64,000 bases of DNA, from positions 45,942,001-46,006,000 of the forward strand of contig OX597819.1 of assembly GCA_951406725.2 (NCBI GenBank), given 5' to 3'. Every line of letters starts with the position of its first letter. The first letter of the stretch is position 1. Made by a program: the position numbers and the translations under genes. This DNA is from Octopus vulgaris (lineage: Eukaryota). This document shows, piece by piece, positions 52,255 to 64,000 of this stretch. The notes beneath the pieces were generated by a model that was given only the letters and a program-made list of their open reading frames with translations, was not told where the DNA came from and ran no database searches.

Positions 52255-52994
52255 TTTTACTTTAGGCACAAAGCCCAGAATTTTGAAGGAGTGTACCAGT
52301 TGATTGGATCGACCCCAGTACACAACTAGTACTTAATTTATCGACCCCGAAAGGATAAAAGGCAAATTCGACCTCGGCGGAATTTGAACTCAGAACGTAA
52401 CAGCAAAGGAAATACCGCTAAGCATTTCGCCTGGCGTGCTAACGTTTCTGCAAGCTCGCCTAAAACTTACTCTATCGATTTCTTTCCTTGAACTGCTATT
52501 TAATCGACCCCGAAAGGATGAAAGGCAAAGTCAACCTCGGCGGAATTTGAACTCAGCACGTTAAGACAGACGAAATACCTATTTCTTTACTACCCACAAG
52601 GGGTTAAACACAGAGGGGACAAACAAGGACAGACAAAGGGATTAAGTCGATTACATCGACCCCAGTGCTTAACTGGTGCTTAATTTATCGACCCCGAAAG
52701 GATAAAAGCAAAGTCGACCACGGCGGAATTTGAACTCGGCACGTAAAGACAGACGAAATACCTATTACTTTACTACCCACAAGGGGCTAAACACAGAGAG
52801 GACAAACAAGGACAGACAGACGGATTAAGTCGTTTATATCGACCTCAGTGCGTAACTGGTACTTATTTAATAGCCCCCGAAAGGATGAAAGGCAAAGTCG
52901 ACCTCGGCGGAATTTGAACTCAGAACGTAACGGCAGACGAAACACCACAAAGCATTTCGCCCGGCGTACTTACGTTGCTGACAGCTCGCCGCCT
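52255..52994 (-). mobile_element. Family B SINE multimer plus an adjacent copy
   Basis: One head at 52994 followed by headless body units (period 183), and a separate copy at 52255-52460. Confidence 0.88.
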
Positions 52995-53424
52995 TGGTAT
53001 AGTTCCTGTAATTGTCATCTCGTTCTTATTTAAGTTATTGGTGTTTTATCAGCAGGAAGCTTACATCGGCGGACAAAATTCTGTGTGACATTTATTCCGG
53101 TTCTTGACATTTTGAGTTCGAATCTCACCGTGATCACTTTTGACTTCCAACAATTCGGGATAGCTAAATTAATAAAGTACCAGATAAGTTCTAAGGTAGA
53201 TGGTATTGACAAGCCCCTTCCATCAAAACCGTTGGTCTTTTGCCCAATTTATTGGATATTAATTTTGTACGAAGCAAGCTCTCTCTCTCACACTCTTTCT
53301 CTCTTATAAATGATCGTGAAAAGGAGTGGGAAATAAAAATAATAGAAGAGGTAGCAGTGGAAATAGTTGTAACAGCAGCAGCAGCAACAGCAGTAGAAGC
53401 AAAAAGCCGCAGCAACAGCTGCGT

Positions 53425-53612
53425 GGAGGTGCAATGGCCCAGTGGTTAGGGCAGCGAACTCGCGGTCGTAAGAACGCAGTTTCGATTCCCAGACCGGGCA
53501 TTGTGAGTGTTTATTGAGCAAAAACACCTAAGCTCCACGAGTTTCCGGCGGGTAGGGGTGAACCCTGCTGTACTCTTTCACCACAATTTTCTCTCACTCT
53601 TTCTTCCTACTT
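53425..53612 (+). mobile_element. SINE family C, 5' part
   Basis: GGAGGTGCAATGGCCCAGTGG..GTTTCGATTCCCAGACCGGGC. Confidence 0.88.
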
Positions 53613-53892
53613 CTGCCACAAAGCAGAAGAACCATGGTGTAATTCACTATGGTGTGGTGAACTTTCAGACCTTAGTCTCGATTGCGAATCCTGTGTACCC
53701 CAAGATGGTTCAGCTCTCCACCCGTTAAAAGCCACCGTTTACGGAATGAGGTTATCAACGTAGCTTTCGCACCCGTGCAACCGTCAGTCTATCGCGTTTG
53801 GTGATGGTGGGGATCGTCAAGTTACCACACACATTCTTAGAGTAGGCTCGAATTAGAGATTATTCTCTGTGGCTAATAGCGTGAGTCTTGAT

Positions 53893-53981
53893 TAGAAGAA
53901 GAAGAAGAAGAAGAAGAAGAAGAAGAAGAAGAAGAAGAAGAAGAAGAAGAAGAAGAAGAAACAGCCGCAATAGTCGTAGTC

Positions 53982-54042
<61 letters not shown>
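53893..54042. repeat. (GAA)n and (GTA)n microsatellites
   Basis: Direct observation. Confidence 0.95.
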
Positions 54043-54044
<2 letters not shown>

Positions 54045-54674
54045 AAGAAAGAGAAGATTAGAAGAAACAAGAGGTGTCGTGAAAGAAAAGAAAAAAATCT
54101 CAGAACAATAAGACCAAGAAAAAAAGAGAATAACAACAAAAAAAAACAAGAGATAAAACAGAGAAGTAAAATAAACAATAAATCCAACTACAATAAAAAC
54201 AACAATAACAAACGATAACATAACATAACAGCAATAACGATGCTAAAATTTTTATCAAAGTTATTTTATGAATATCTTTACCATAAAGAGCAAATTGTTG
54301 TATATCTCATAAACAGAACACCGCGTGTTATTAACACCACAGCTTGGTAAATTTAGCTGTGAACACTAACCTCCAGTTCGTTTCGTACACAAAATCTTTC
54401 ACCCAAGATCTTTATGTTTTTCTCTTGTTTTCATTTTCTTCTCTCATCTTCTCCATCGTCATTTTGTCTTGTTTTTACTAAGACGTTTTTGTTTAGTTTT
54501 TTGCTACAGCTATTGTTTTTGTCTACTTGTTATTATTTTTTCCTCTTGTATATAATATTTTTTCATATGCTGTATAATGAACATTTTATCATGTCAATAA
54601 ACATACGCTCTCAGATACAATACTTAAATTGTTATTCTTTCACTACTACTACTTTAGTAAGTACGCTGAAAAAT

Positions 54675-54718
54675 CTCCTCTGCTGATAGGGACAGAATAT
54701 GACCGAAACATTAAGGAG
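54675..54718 (+). ncRNA. Degenerate minimal hammerhead within a probable old Penelope-like 3' region (about 54250-55026)
   Basis: CTCCT-CTGCTGA-TA-GG..CC-GAAAC-ATTA-AGGAG; stem I CTCCT/AGGAG; preceded by T-rich sequence, and the region ends in (TA)n. Confidence 0.5.
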
Positions 54719-55023
54719 TGTTTTACCTTATTTGACAGAAAAGTGGTGAGCTTATTTGTCATTAAACAATACTATGTTGTTTTTTTTTCGCCACTGCATA
54801 TTTAATCGTAGTTAGGTTTTTAATGGTTTTACAACCTCAATTGTTAACGTCTAAGAACCCCGAAGAATCAGATGTATGGGTTGGTTTCAGTATGGTTGAA
54901 ACTAAAACGACTCTATACACAATGTCTGCTAAATCTGATGGTAAGGGCATGAATGCATGAAGGCATTAATTTTGTTACCTACTTATAAGTGTAAGGAGTT
55001 CAGCTAATCAGATATAATTAATG

Positions 55024-55061
<38 letters not shown>

Positions 55062-55069
55062 GTTACTAG

Positions 55070-55750
<681 letters not shown>

Positions 55751-56428
55751 ATACTGAAAACGTATTTCCAATCAAAAACAAACCAAGATATTCAATTAGC
55801 ATGTGAAGAATCGAAAAACAAAAGATCAGCCGTCGGCGAAATTAGTTCTTGATTTGCGTTCACATCCTTTTAAGTGATAATTCGTTCCATTCAAAACACT
55901 AATCAATGTCAGGTAATATTATTTTTCGCCGTGACAAACCTGGAGCTTAACGAGCCAATGACGACGATGGCTGCAAGATTCAGGATCAACATTTCTTCAA
56001 ATTACATCTTACATTCTGAAAGAGTTTTGCGGATAATGTAGTTGTAGATACACAATGACACAATGAATATATGAATCTGTTGACAGAAATGAAACGAATT
56101 TTGTAGTGGACTTTTTCCATTAGACTTGACGTGGACCTTAACATCAATAATCTTAAGCCTTTTAGCTATATAAGAACTATATAAGAACTATATTTAAAAA
56201 AGGGCATCGAAGGGGCGATACATGCCTTGCACGCACATAAACTTTTTCGCAAATTATTGTGTGGTTTACAATGCGTTGCTTACCCATGCTTTTTAAATTA
56301 ACTGAATTTTTTTTTTCGGTGGAGTGGTTAAAATCCGGTGAAATTAAGAAATCAGTTCGTGAATAAACGAAACCCTCTAATCCATCACTATACACGCACA
56401 CATGCACACACGCACACACACACAAACG

Positions 56429-56477
<49 letters not shown>

Positions 56478-56879
56478 TCACAATCGCATGTCTATGTATG
56501 TCATTATTCAGTTTATTTCAAGATTTCTTGCCAATAGAGAAAGAACCCGTTTCTAACCTAGATCCAAGTTTCTTTCATTGGAATTTCAATATCAACAATA
56601 GGGTATTTTTGTCTGCAGGTACGTATGTATGTATGTATGTATGTATGTATGTATGTATGTATGTATGTATGTATGTATGTATGTATGTATGTACGCAAGT
56701 ACGTACGTACGTACGCACGCACGTACGTACGTATGTATGTATGTATGTATGTATGTATGTATGTATGTATGTATGTATGTATGTATGTATGTATGTATGT
56801 GCAGATTTGTATGTTTTAGGTATGTATTTGCATGCATATAGTTGCATATCTAGACATGCTCATATATATATATATATAT

Positions 56880-57110
56880 TAAAATGATAAACTTCTGGAA
56901 AGTTTTACAACTTTTTACAGTTCCAGTTTCCCGCAATGAAATGGATCTGTAGTCTTCGAATTAGCTTTCTCCTTTCTGGTTTTGAGAAGCCTAATTTCTC
57001 AAGATTGGTATTTATGCAGTGCGTTACATACCCCAGGGCCCCGATAATTACAGATATTATTCTGAACTTGTAGTTTGGGTAGGATAACTGCAGATTTCTC
57101 AACATTATGA
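56880..57110 (-). mobile_element. 3' end of an R4/Dong-like (restriction-endonuclease) non-LTR element
   Basis: LRNLQLSYPNYKFRIISVIIGALGYV..NLEKLGFS..KLIRRLQ shows the P.IIGALG..L..LG..LQ C-terminal motif; abuts TA repeats. Confidence 0.7.
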
Positions 57111-57299
57111 ATGTATGTATCTGGATTGAGCAACAGCAGAATTCTAAATATGCATGTATGTATGTATTATGTATGCATGTATGTGTACACACATGTTTAC
57201 GCGTATAGGTACGCCATGATCCACACACGCGTAGACAAGGGTAGATTCATATGAAAAAGAAAATCAACTTAATAATATGTCGACATACTTATCGGGAAA

Positions 57300-57470
57300 T
57301 TTGTTAAGTCGGGATTTTTTTCTTTTAAAGAGAATCAACCCAAATGTTCGTCATTCCGAGCCTCGCACCCGATGAGTAATTCTACCAAATGTGGTGAAAA
57401 TCTGTTCAGCCGTTTTTCAGTTATTTTGCAAACACACAGACAGACAAAGACGAATGATTACAATACACTG
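57300..57470. mobile_element. Helentron/DINE-like fragment
   Basis: AAATGTGGTGAAAATCTGTTCAGCCGTTTTTCAGTTATT..ACAGACAGACA. Confidence 0.45.
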
Positions 57471-57551
57471 CTTTCCCATACGCGGGCAGCGTAATTAATA
57501 TTTCCACCAGTTGCTGAATATTTAATGTGGTAAAACATGGCGTTTGGATCA

Positions 57552-57790
57552 ACATAGGTTTGGGCAAAAGTCAGCCTACAGTTAATCAAAGTTCCATGAA
57601 TACAATCTGTAATTCTGTCTTGACTCGAATGTAAAAATGTGTCGCGCACGAAAGACTTCAGTTTGAGCAATTTTCATGATGTTTTATATTTAGATGCTTT
57701 CATTAGATTCATTAGGTGATCAACACAAATAAATCTTGGAATTAAATAGATTTGATTTACTGTCAGGTGACTTTTGGCCAACCTTGTATA
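57552..57790. mobile_element. Tc1/mariner-type MITE
   Basis: Imperfect TIRs GGTTTGGGCAAAAGTCAGCCT and AGGTGACTTTTGGCCAACCTTG-TA. Confidence 0.55.
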
Positions 57791-57796
57791 TATATG

Positions 57797-57967
57797 GGCG
57801 TAGGAGTGGTTGTGTGGCAAGTAGCTTGCTTACCAACCACATGGTTCCGGGTACAGACCCACTGTGTGGCACCTTGGGCAAGAGTCTTCTACTATAGCCT
57901 CGGGCCTACCAAAACCTTGTGTGTGGATTTGTTAGACGGAAACTGAAAGAAGCCCGTCGTATATACG

Positions 57968-58044
<77 letters not shown>

Positions 58045-58045
58045 A
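57797..58045 (+). mobile_element. SINE family A, 5' half
   Basis: Head through the internal microsatellite. Confidence 0.88.
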
Positions 58046-58902
58046 TAAATATATATATATATATATATCACTCTATCACTGCATCGACAAGAATATCTGA
58101 AGATGTTATACAGCGCTTCTCACAGTGCGATTCATTGCATTGTGTTGTGCTTGCTTTCGACTGATGGCAGCCAGCTGGCTAGATGGGCAGGTCAGTGTAT
58201 ATATGTGTGCATGTATGCATGTGTGTATGTGGGTGTGTGGGTGTGTGTGTGTAAGACGCATGTATCTATGTATGTGTGTGCGTATGTCTGTGAGTGAAAA
58301 CTGTATTTACCTTGTCAATTTTTTATCCTGCCCGAGAATGTCAGACAGATAATAGAGTAATCCTCGACATTTTCTGACCCCCAATGAATTGAATGTATAT
58401 TTTTTCGTGTCTACTTTGCTTCCAAACAGAATTCAGAAAATACCATTCAGGTGTGATTAAATGTTATGGACAGAAACTCTTTACATAAGCATACAGAAAA
58501 TTTGCATTTTTATTTCTAATTTCTTCCTCGGTCCTCGGATTCAATTAACTCTCGCTTGATTCATCAGCGAGTTAATCGTGCATTAAACACACACGAAACA
58601 CACACACACATACACACATACACACCTGTACACATACACACACTTGCAAAAACACAAATATATATACGTATATATCTATATGCATGAGTGTGTACATATG
58701 TTCATGTGCAAAATGGCTTCTTGTCGAACATGTGTTCCTTTACACACACACACACATATATATATATATTCATTAACTTAAATGTACATACATACATATT
58801 TATATGTGTGTGTGTTAGTGCGTGTCTATATGTTTGTGTTTGTCTGTGTGTGTTTATGTATGTGTCGTACATGTACACACGAGTATATATATGTATATAT
58901 AT

Positions 58903-58967
<65 letters not shown>

Positions 58968-59378
58968 CACAATCACGCACACATACATGCATACATGTAT
59001 ATACACATATATACATGTGTGTATGTGTACATGTATAGATATCTATGCATATGTACATGTATTCAATAGGTTGTTGGAGCAGTAACTTGTTTTGATGGCT
59101 GAAAGTACTTTATAACATAGAATAAATCTATAATTTGCTGCCAACATTACATGCGCGAATTAGACTACATTTAAATACTCCGGGCAGTAGTAAAGAAGTG
59201 TATTTTATACATCTGTACATAGAATGACTTTATTCAAGAACGTCTTTTACAACCAGCCGGTGAATTTCATTCACTTCTATTTGCACAGATTGCGCAGACG
59301 TAACTGTGTATTTCGCTGTGATACCACGCACACACATCAAGTATATCACATACATACATACATACATACATACATACA

Positions 59379-59440
<62 letters not shown>

Positions 59441-59463
59441 CACACACACACACACACACACAA

Positions 59464-59507
<44 letters not shown>

Positions 59508-59733
59508 GTATCTGTAATCTGATGTTTGTTTTTTGTTGAGTTTTATATTGAATCTATTTGACGTTAAACTTAAGAATAACGAGACCATTCAGAAGAGTAC
59601 AAATTTATTAACCTTCATCAGTGAAGGTGAGTGATCCGACTCATTGAAGTGATTGCCAATCTTTTCATTATGTGTAGTGTATATATATATACATATATAT
59701 ATGTGTGTGTGTGTGTGTGTGTTTGTATTATAA

Positions 59734-59782
<49 letters not shown>

Positions 59783-59949
59783 TATATATATATATAATAT
59801 AGTATATATATATATATTATATATATGTATATATAATTTATTATATATATAATATATATATGATATGATATATATAAACATATGAATATATATATATTGG
59901 CATATGTATATATATAGATAGATATAGATATAGATATATATAAAAATGT

Positions 59950-59989
<40 letters not shown>

Positions 59990-60212
59990 AACACACACAC
60001 ACACACACACACACAAGCGTAAAGTGAGCTTTATATATTTATATATCTCAAGTGAGCTGAACTAATATCAATCCTGTACTGTACTGTAAGAGTTTTTTTG
60101 TTAACATTGAAAATGCTTATTCTCAACAGCTTAGTTCGATTAATCAATTAACGGGGTGCTAACAGCATTTCTTCATCATTGCACTTTAATATACAATATA
60201 CTTGTTTTTATA

Positions 60213-60612
60213 AGGTGGTGAGTTGGCAGAAACGTTAGTACGCCGGGCGAAATGCTTAGCAGTATTTCGTCTAACGCTACGTTCTGAGTTCAAATTCCAC
60301 CGAGGTCGACTTTGCCTTCCATCCTTTCGGGGTCGATTAAATAAGTACCAGTTACACACTGGGATCGATATAATCAACTTAATCAGCTTGTCTGTCCTTG
60401 TTTGTCCTCTCTGTGTTTAGCCCCTTGTTGGTAGTAAAGAAATTGGTATTTTGTCTGTTTTTACGTTCAGAGTTTAAATTATGCCGAGGTCGACTTTGCC
60501 TGTTATCCTTTCAGGGTCGATAAATTAAGTACCAGTTGCGTACTGGGATCCACTTAATGGACTGGCCCCCTCCTCCAAAATTTCAAGCCTTGTGTCTAGA
60601 GTAGAAAAGAAT
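60213..60612 (+). mobile_element. Family B SINE dimer (one head, two bodies with different tails)
   Basis: Second body starts at GTATTTTGTCTG directly after tail 1 (AAAGAAAT) and ends in tail 2 (AGAGTAGAAAAGAAT). Confidence 0.88.
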
Positions 60613-60744
60613 ATATCTTTACTTATATAGCCATAACTATATACTAGGAAGATAGAAAGATAGTGTACATAATGCTAAGATGTTTACAATCAGTGCTAGA
60701 CGCAGGAGTGGCTGTGTGGTAAGACTGAAACTGAAAGAAGCAGT

Positions 60745-61262
60745 GGTCCACGTGACATTGCTGTGTTTACTTCGCAAATTGTGAAATTTGTGCTTTTGTA
60801 ATCACATGTTTTCTGCAATTTTTGTCATGGTCAGAAACAAACAACGAATATGAAATTTTGCATTAACGTTGGGAGGTCTGATACAGAGACACTGAGCATG
60901 CTTCGCCAAGCTTGCAGTGGCGAGGCAATGGGTCGTACGCAATGCTTCAAATGACACGGGGACTTCAAAAGCGGAAGAGCGTCTCTGGAAGACATGCCAC
61001 AAGCGTCAGCCCGGGAAATGTGGTATTGTACATCGAGAACTCGTCTCCCAGGGCCAGATCGTCCAATCGGGAATTCTACTGAGACATTTTGAAGCGTTTG
61101 GTGGAGAACATTCGGCGAAAGCCACCGAGTCTGTGGAATGCGAAGAATTGGATTTTTCACGACGACAATGCTCTCTTGTCACCGAGATCTCTTCGCTCGT
61201 GAGTTTCTCGCCAAAAACAACATGGTATCAATCCTGCACCCGGCCTATTGGCCAGATTTTAC
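60745..61262 (+). mobile_element. Mariner transposase remnant
   Basis: QRTNMKFCINVGRSDTETLSMLRQA..EAMGRTQCFK, GIVHRELVSQGQ, WIFHDDNA; frameshifted. Confidence 0.85.
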
Positions 61263-61398
61263 ACAAGCATGCATGTATACATGTATGTATATATGTATGC
61301 ATGCATGCATGTAAATGTATGTATGTATATATATATGTATATATATGAAATGTATCTTTATAAATATATATATATATATATATATGTATGTATATATT

Positions 61399-61450
<52 letters not shown>

Positions 61451-61457
61451 TATATAT

Positions 61458-61498
<41 letters not shown>

Positions 61499-61502
<4 letters not shown>

Positions 61503-61677
61503 ATCCAAACAAGAAAACACAAAAAAAACACAACAACGCGAGGACGTGGAACAAATATAGTATTATTGGACGCTCAGGAAAGAAGGGAAGAAGGAGGGCT
61601 TAACGTTTCGAGCGGAGCTCTTCGTCGGAAACATAGGAGGAAGGATCCAGAGAAGGGAAGACAGAGGAAAAAAAATC
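61499..61677 (-). mobile_element. HHR element family H1, copy 3 (HHR 61598-61632)
   Basis: GTTT-CCGACGA-A-GAGC-TCC-GCTC-GAAACGTT-AAGC. Confidence 0.85.
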
Positions 61678-62043
61678 TGTCTAGCAAAATACTTTATTTG
61701 CTAATTTACAGCTCGAAACCAAGGTGCAATAGATAGATGGTAAATGTCTTATTTTTCTTTCCGTTTGAAATTTACCCCTAATAGTGGTTTGGATTTTGGC
61801 TACTCCTTCTAGAGTGCTAGGTGTCTTATGATGCTCACATCTTATGTGTTTAAATGTATACTGTAATTATTATAATAATATATAGTCTATTGAATAATTT
61901 TCTACACGCTAGGTCACTGGTTGTAAAAAGTTTCTAACATTTTTCCTACCCTGATATTTATACACACACACACACATATACACACAAACACACACACATA
62001 TGTATACATATACATATATATATATATATACCCACATATATAT

Positions 62044-62099
<56 letters not shown>

Positions 62100-62130
62100 G
62101 TATAATTATGTGTATATACGTATGTACATA

Positions 62131-63010
62131 TACGTGGTCTGGTATCCGTTCTGGTACCATAGTAACGAAGCTAAAGCACGCAAGGTATAGCTTCTTGAAC
62201 CTTGAACACTGCTGTGCATGCACACTAATGTTTTAATGTTCTAGCTCATTTCAGCTGTTTAGAGTCGTGCTTGAAACGAAGGTGTGTAGTGTGCGATCGT
62301 CGCACTGACCATAGCAATGAAAGTTGAGCAGTGATTTACATGAAATTTTGCCAAGACATTGGCGATACCTGCTCAGAGATCTACACAAAGTTTCCAAAGA
62401 GTTTTCATCGTTCTCGACATAATCAATATCTTGTGCAACTGAAACCCGATTGGGTGTTTTCCGTCAGCTGAAAGAAGTTTTGGCACAAACTTGGCAGACA
62501 TGCGTCTCATACCCTAATATTCAGTGGTACTTAACTGAACTGTAACTTAACTAATCTTCACATCGTCTGATAACTCACGGATGGTGATTCGACGATTTCC
62601 CTTCACAGCTGCAAACACATCTGTGATATTTTTCTCAGTTCTGCTGGTTGAGGGTCTCCCAGGACGTTCATCAGTATCGACACTTTTTCGGCCATCTTGG
62701 AAACGTTTGAATCACTCGTACACTCGTGTGCGGCTCATACACTCCTCTCCATAAACTTTCTGCAATTTTGCGTAGGTCTCTGAGCAGGTATCGCCATGAC
62801 AACTTTCTCTGTCATAGTCAATGCAACGATCACACGCTACACCCCTTCCTTCCAAGCACTGTGTAAGAAGCAGAAGTGAACCAAAACGTTAAAACTTAGT
62901 GCACATGCACAGCAGAATTGAAGGTCAATTTGTGCCAAGCGGCTTTAATCTGCCTGCCTTAGCTTCGTTACAATGGTAACAGTCCGGATACTTGTTGATG
63001 AGACGTCTTA
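62131..63010. mobile_element. Mariner-derived element made of two inverted 5' ends
   Basis: Both ends read ACCAT.GTAACGAAGCTAA..CTGCTGTGCATG..CACTAA inward. Minus strand encodes GDTCSETYAKLQKVYGEECMSRTRVYE*FKRFQDGRKSVDTDERPGRPST; plus strand encodes MKFCQDIGDTCSEIY. Confidence 0.85.
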
Positions 63011-63011
63011 T

Positions 63012-63042
<31 letters not shown>

Positions 63043-64000
63043 CACGTACATACCTACGTATTTATGTACTTATGTAGACAAGACATATATACATATATAT
63101 ATATATGCATTACGCACACATACGTTATATATATATATATATTCATATATATCATCTGAGAGAGAGAGAGAGAACGGGGGAGAGAGAGAGAGATGAAAAG
63201 TAAAAGAGGCGAAAAAAGATATTTCAAAGGAAAATACCTCCAGGTTGACTCCATTATTTGCAGATAGTGTTAGAGATAAGAAGCTAAATTGGTGTTTTCA
63301 ATCGAGTAGTTTCGTGGTATCTGTCAATATTCTAATATAAACACAAGCAGCTTGCATGTTTTTGTCTATCAAGTCTTTTGCCTTTAACTATGTACCTCTA
63401 CTCTTTCATAACCTGCATCGTAATCAAAGCATCTTACATTTTGTGAACCGTGCCTGTTCAGTTTGTTCAACAACCAAAAAATTACATGCCACTGGTCTTT
63501 GTCTAATTTGTTTGTTTCACTTGGATAATATTTGATTATTTCCCCTTTATTTCTAAGGCAGTAAAATCTAGGAGACTGTCCCAAAGTTTTATTATTGATT
63601 TCTAAATTTAAAAAAGAAACTAAGGATTTGAATTGAAGCTATATATGATTAGGTTAAGTATATATCTTAACTGTAGTTATTTGGATGGTCTCCATGTGTA
63701 CCTTACGTTGCAAAAAATACCAGCTAAATCGCCTTCAAATTATATTTTACCTACATAAAGACGACGGACATTGTGTTATTATGCTAATACACTATGAGAA
63801 AAAAGCGAGATACTCACGTACGGAATACTTTTGATTATATGCTTCTTTGATCAGTTTGGTCTGGGGTCAAACAATAACTAGATCATTGTCTATTTCGGTT
63901 TGGATGTCAAGGGAGCGGCTGCCTTAAAAAGTTTGGAAACCATAGATTTATCTTGTGTCCACTATCTGTCCACTATCTTATTAGCACTGCTGCATCACCA

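Overview
AT-rich, microsatellite-saturated animal genomic DNA. The SINE families and repeat landscape look like an octopus or other cephalopod (inference). I found no convincing host protein-coding exon, and almost all listed ORFs are translations of (TA)n, (TG)n, (TATG)n or (GATA)n repeats. The window holds dozens of tRNA-derived SINE copies from four families and decayed fragments of CR1/L2-like, RTE, restriction-endonuclease-type and Tc1/mariner elements. The main signal is a set of mostly non-coding elements that sit in (TA)n tracts and carry hammerhead ribozyme (HHR) motifs, in the manner of Penelope-like elements or retrozymes. They include a 3 x 644-bp tandem array with one HHR per unit, two fold-back elements, and a 5'-truncated Penelope copy that still shows a GIY-YIG C-terminus. 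Most unusual are three copies, from two related families, of a covarying RNA motif with all hammerhead core strands in a non-circularly permuted, pseudoknotted order. All RNA structures were paired by eye, none is tested, and element boundaries are approximate.
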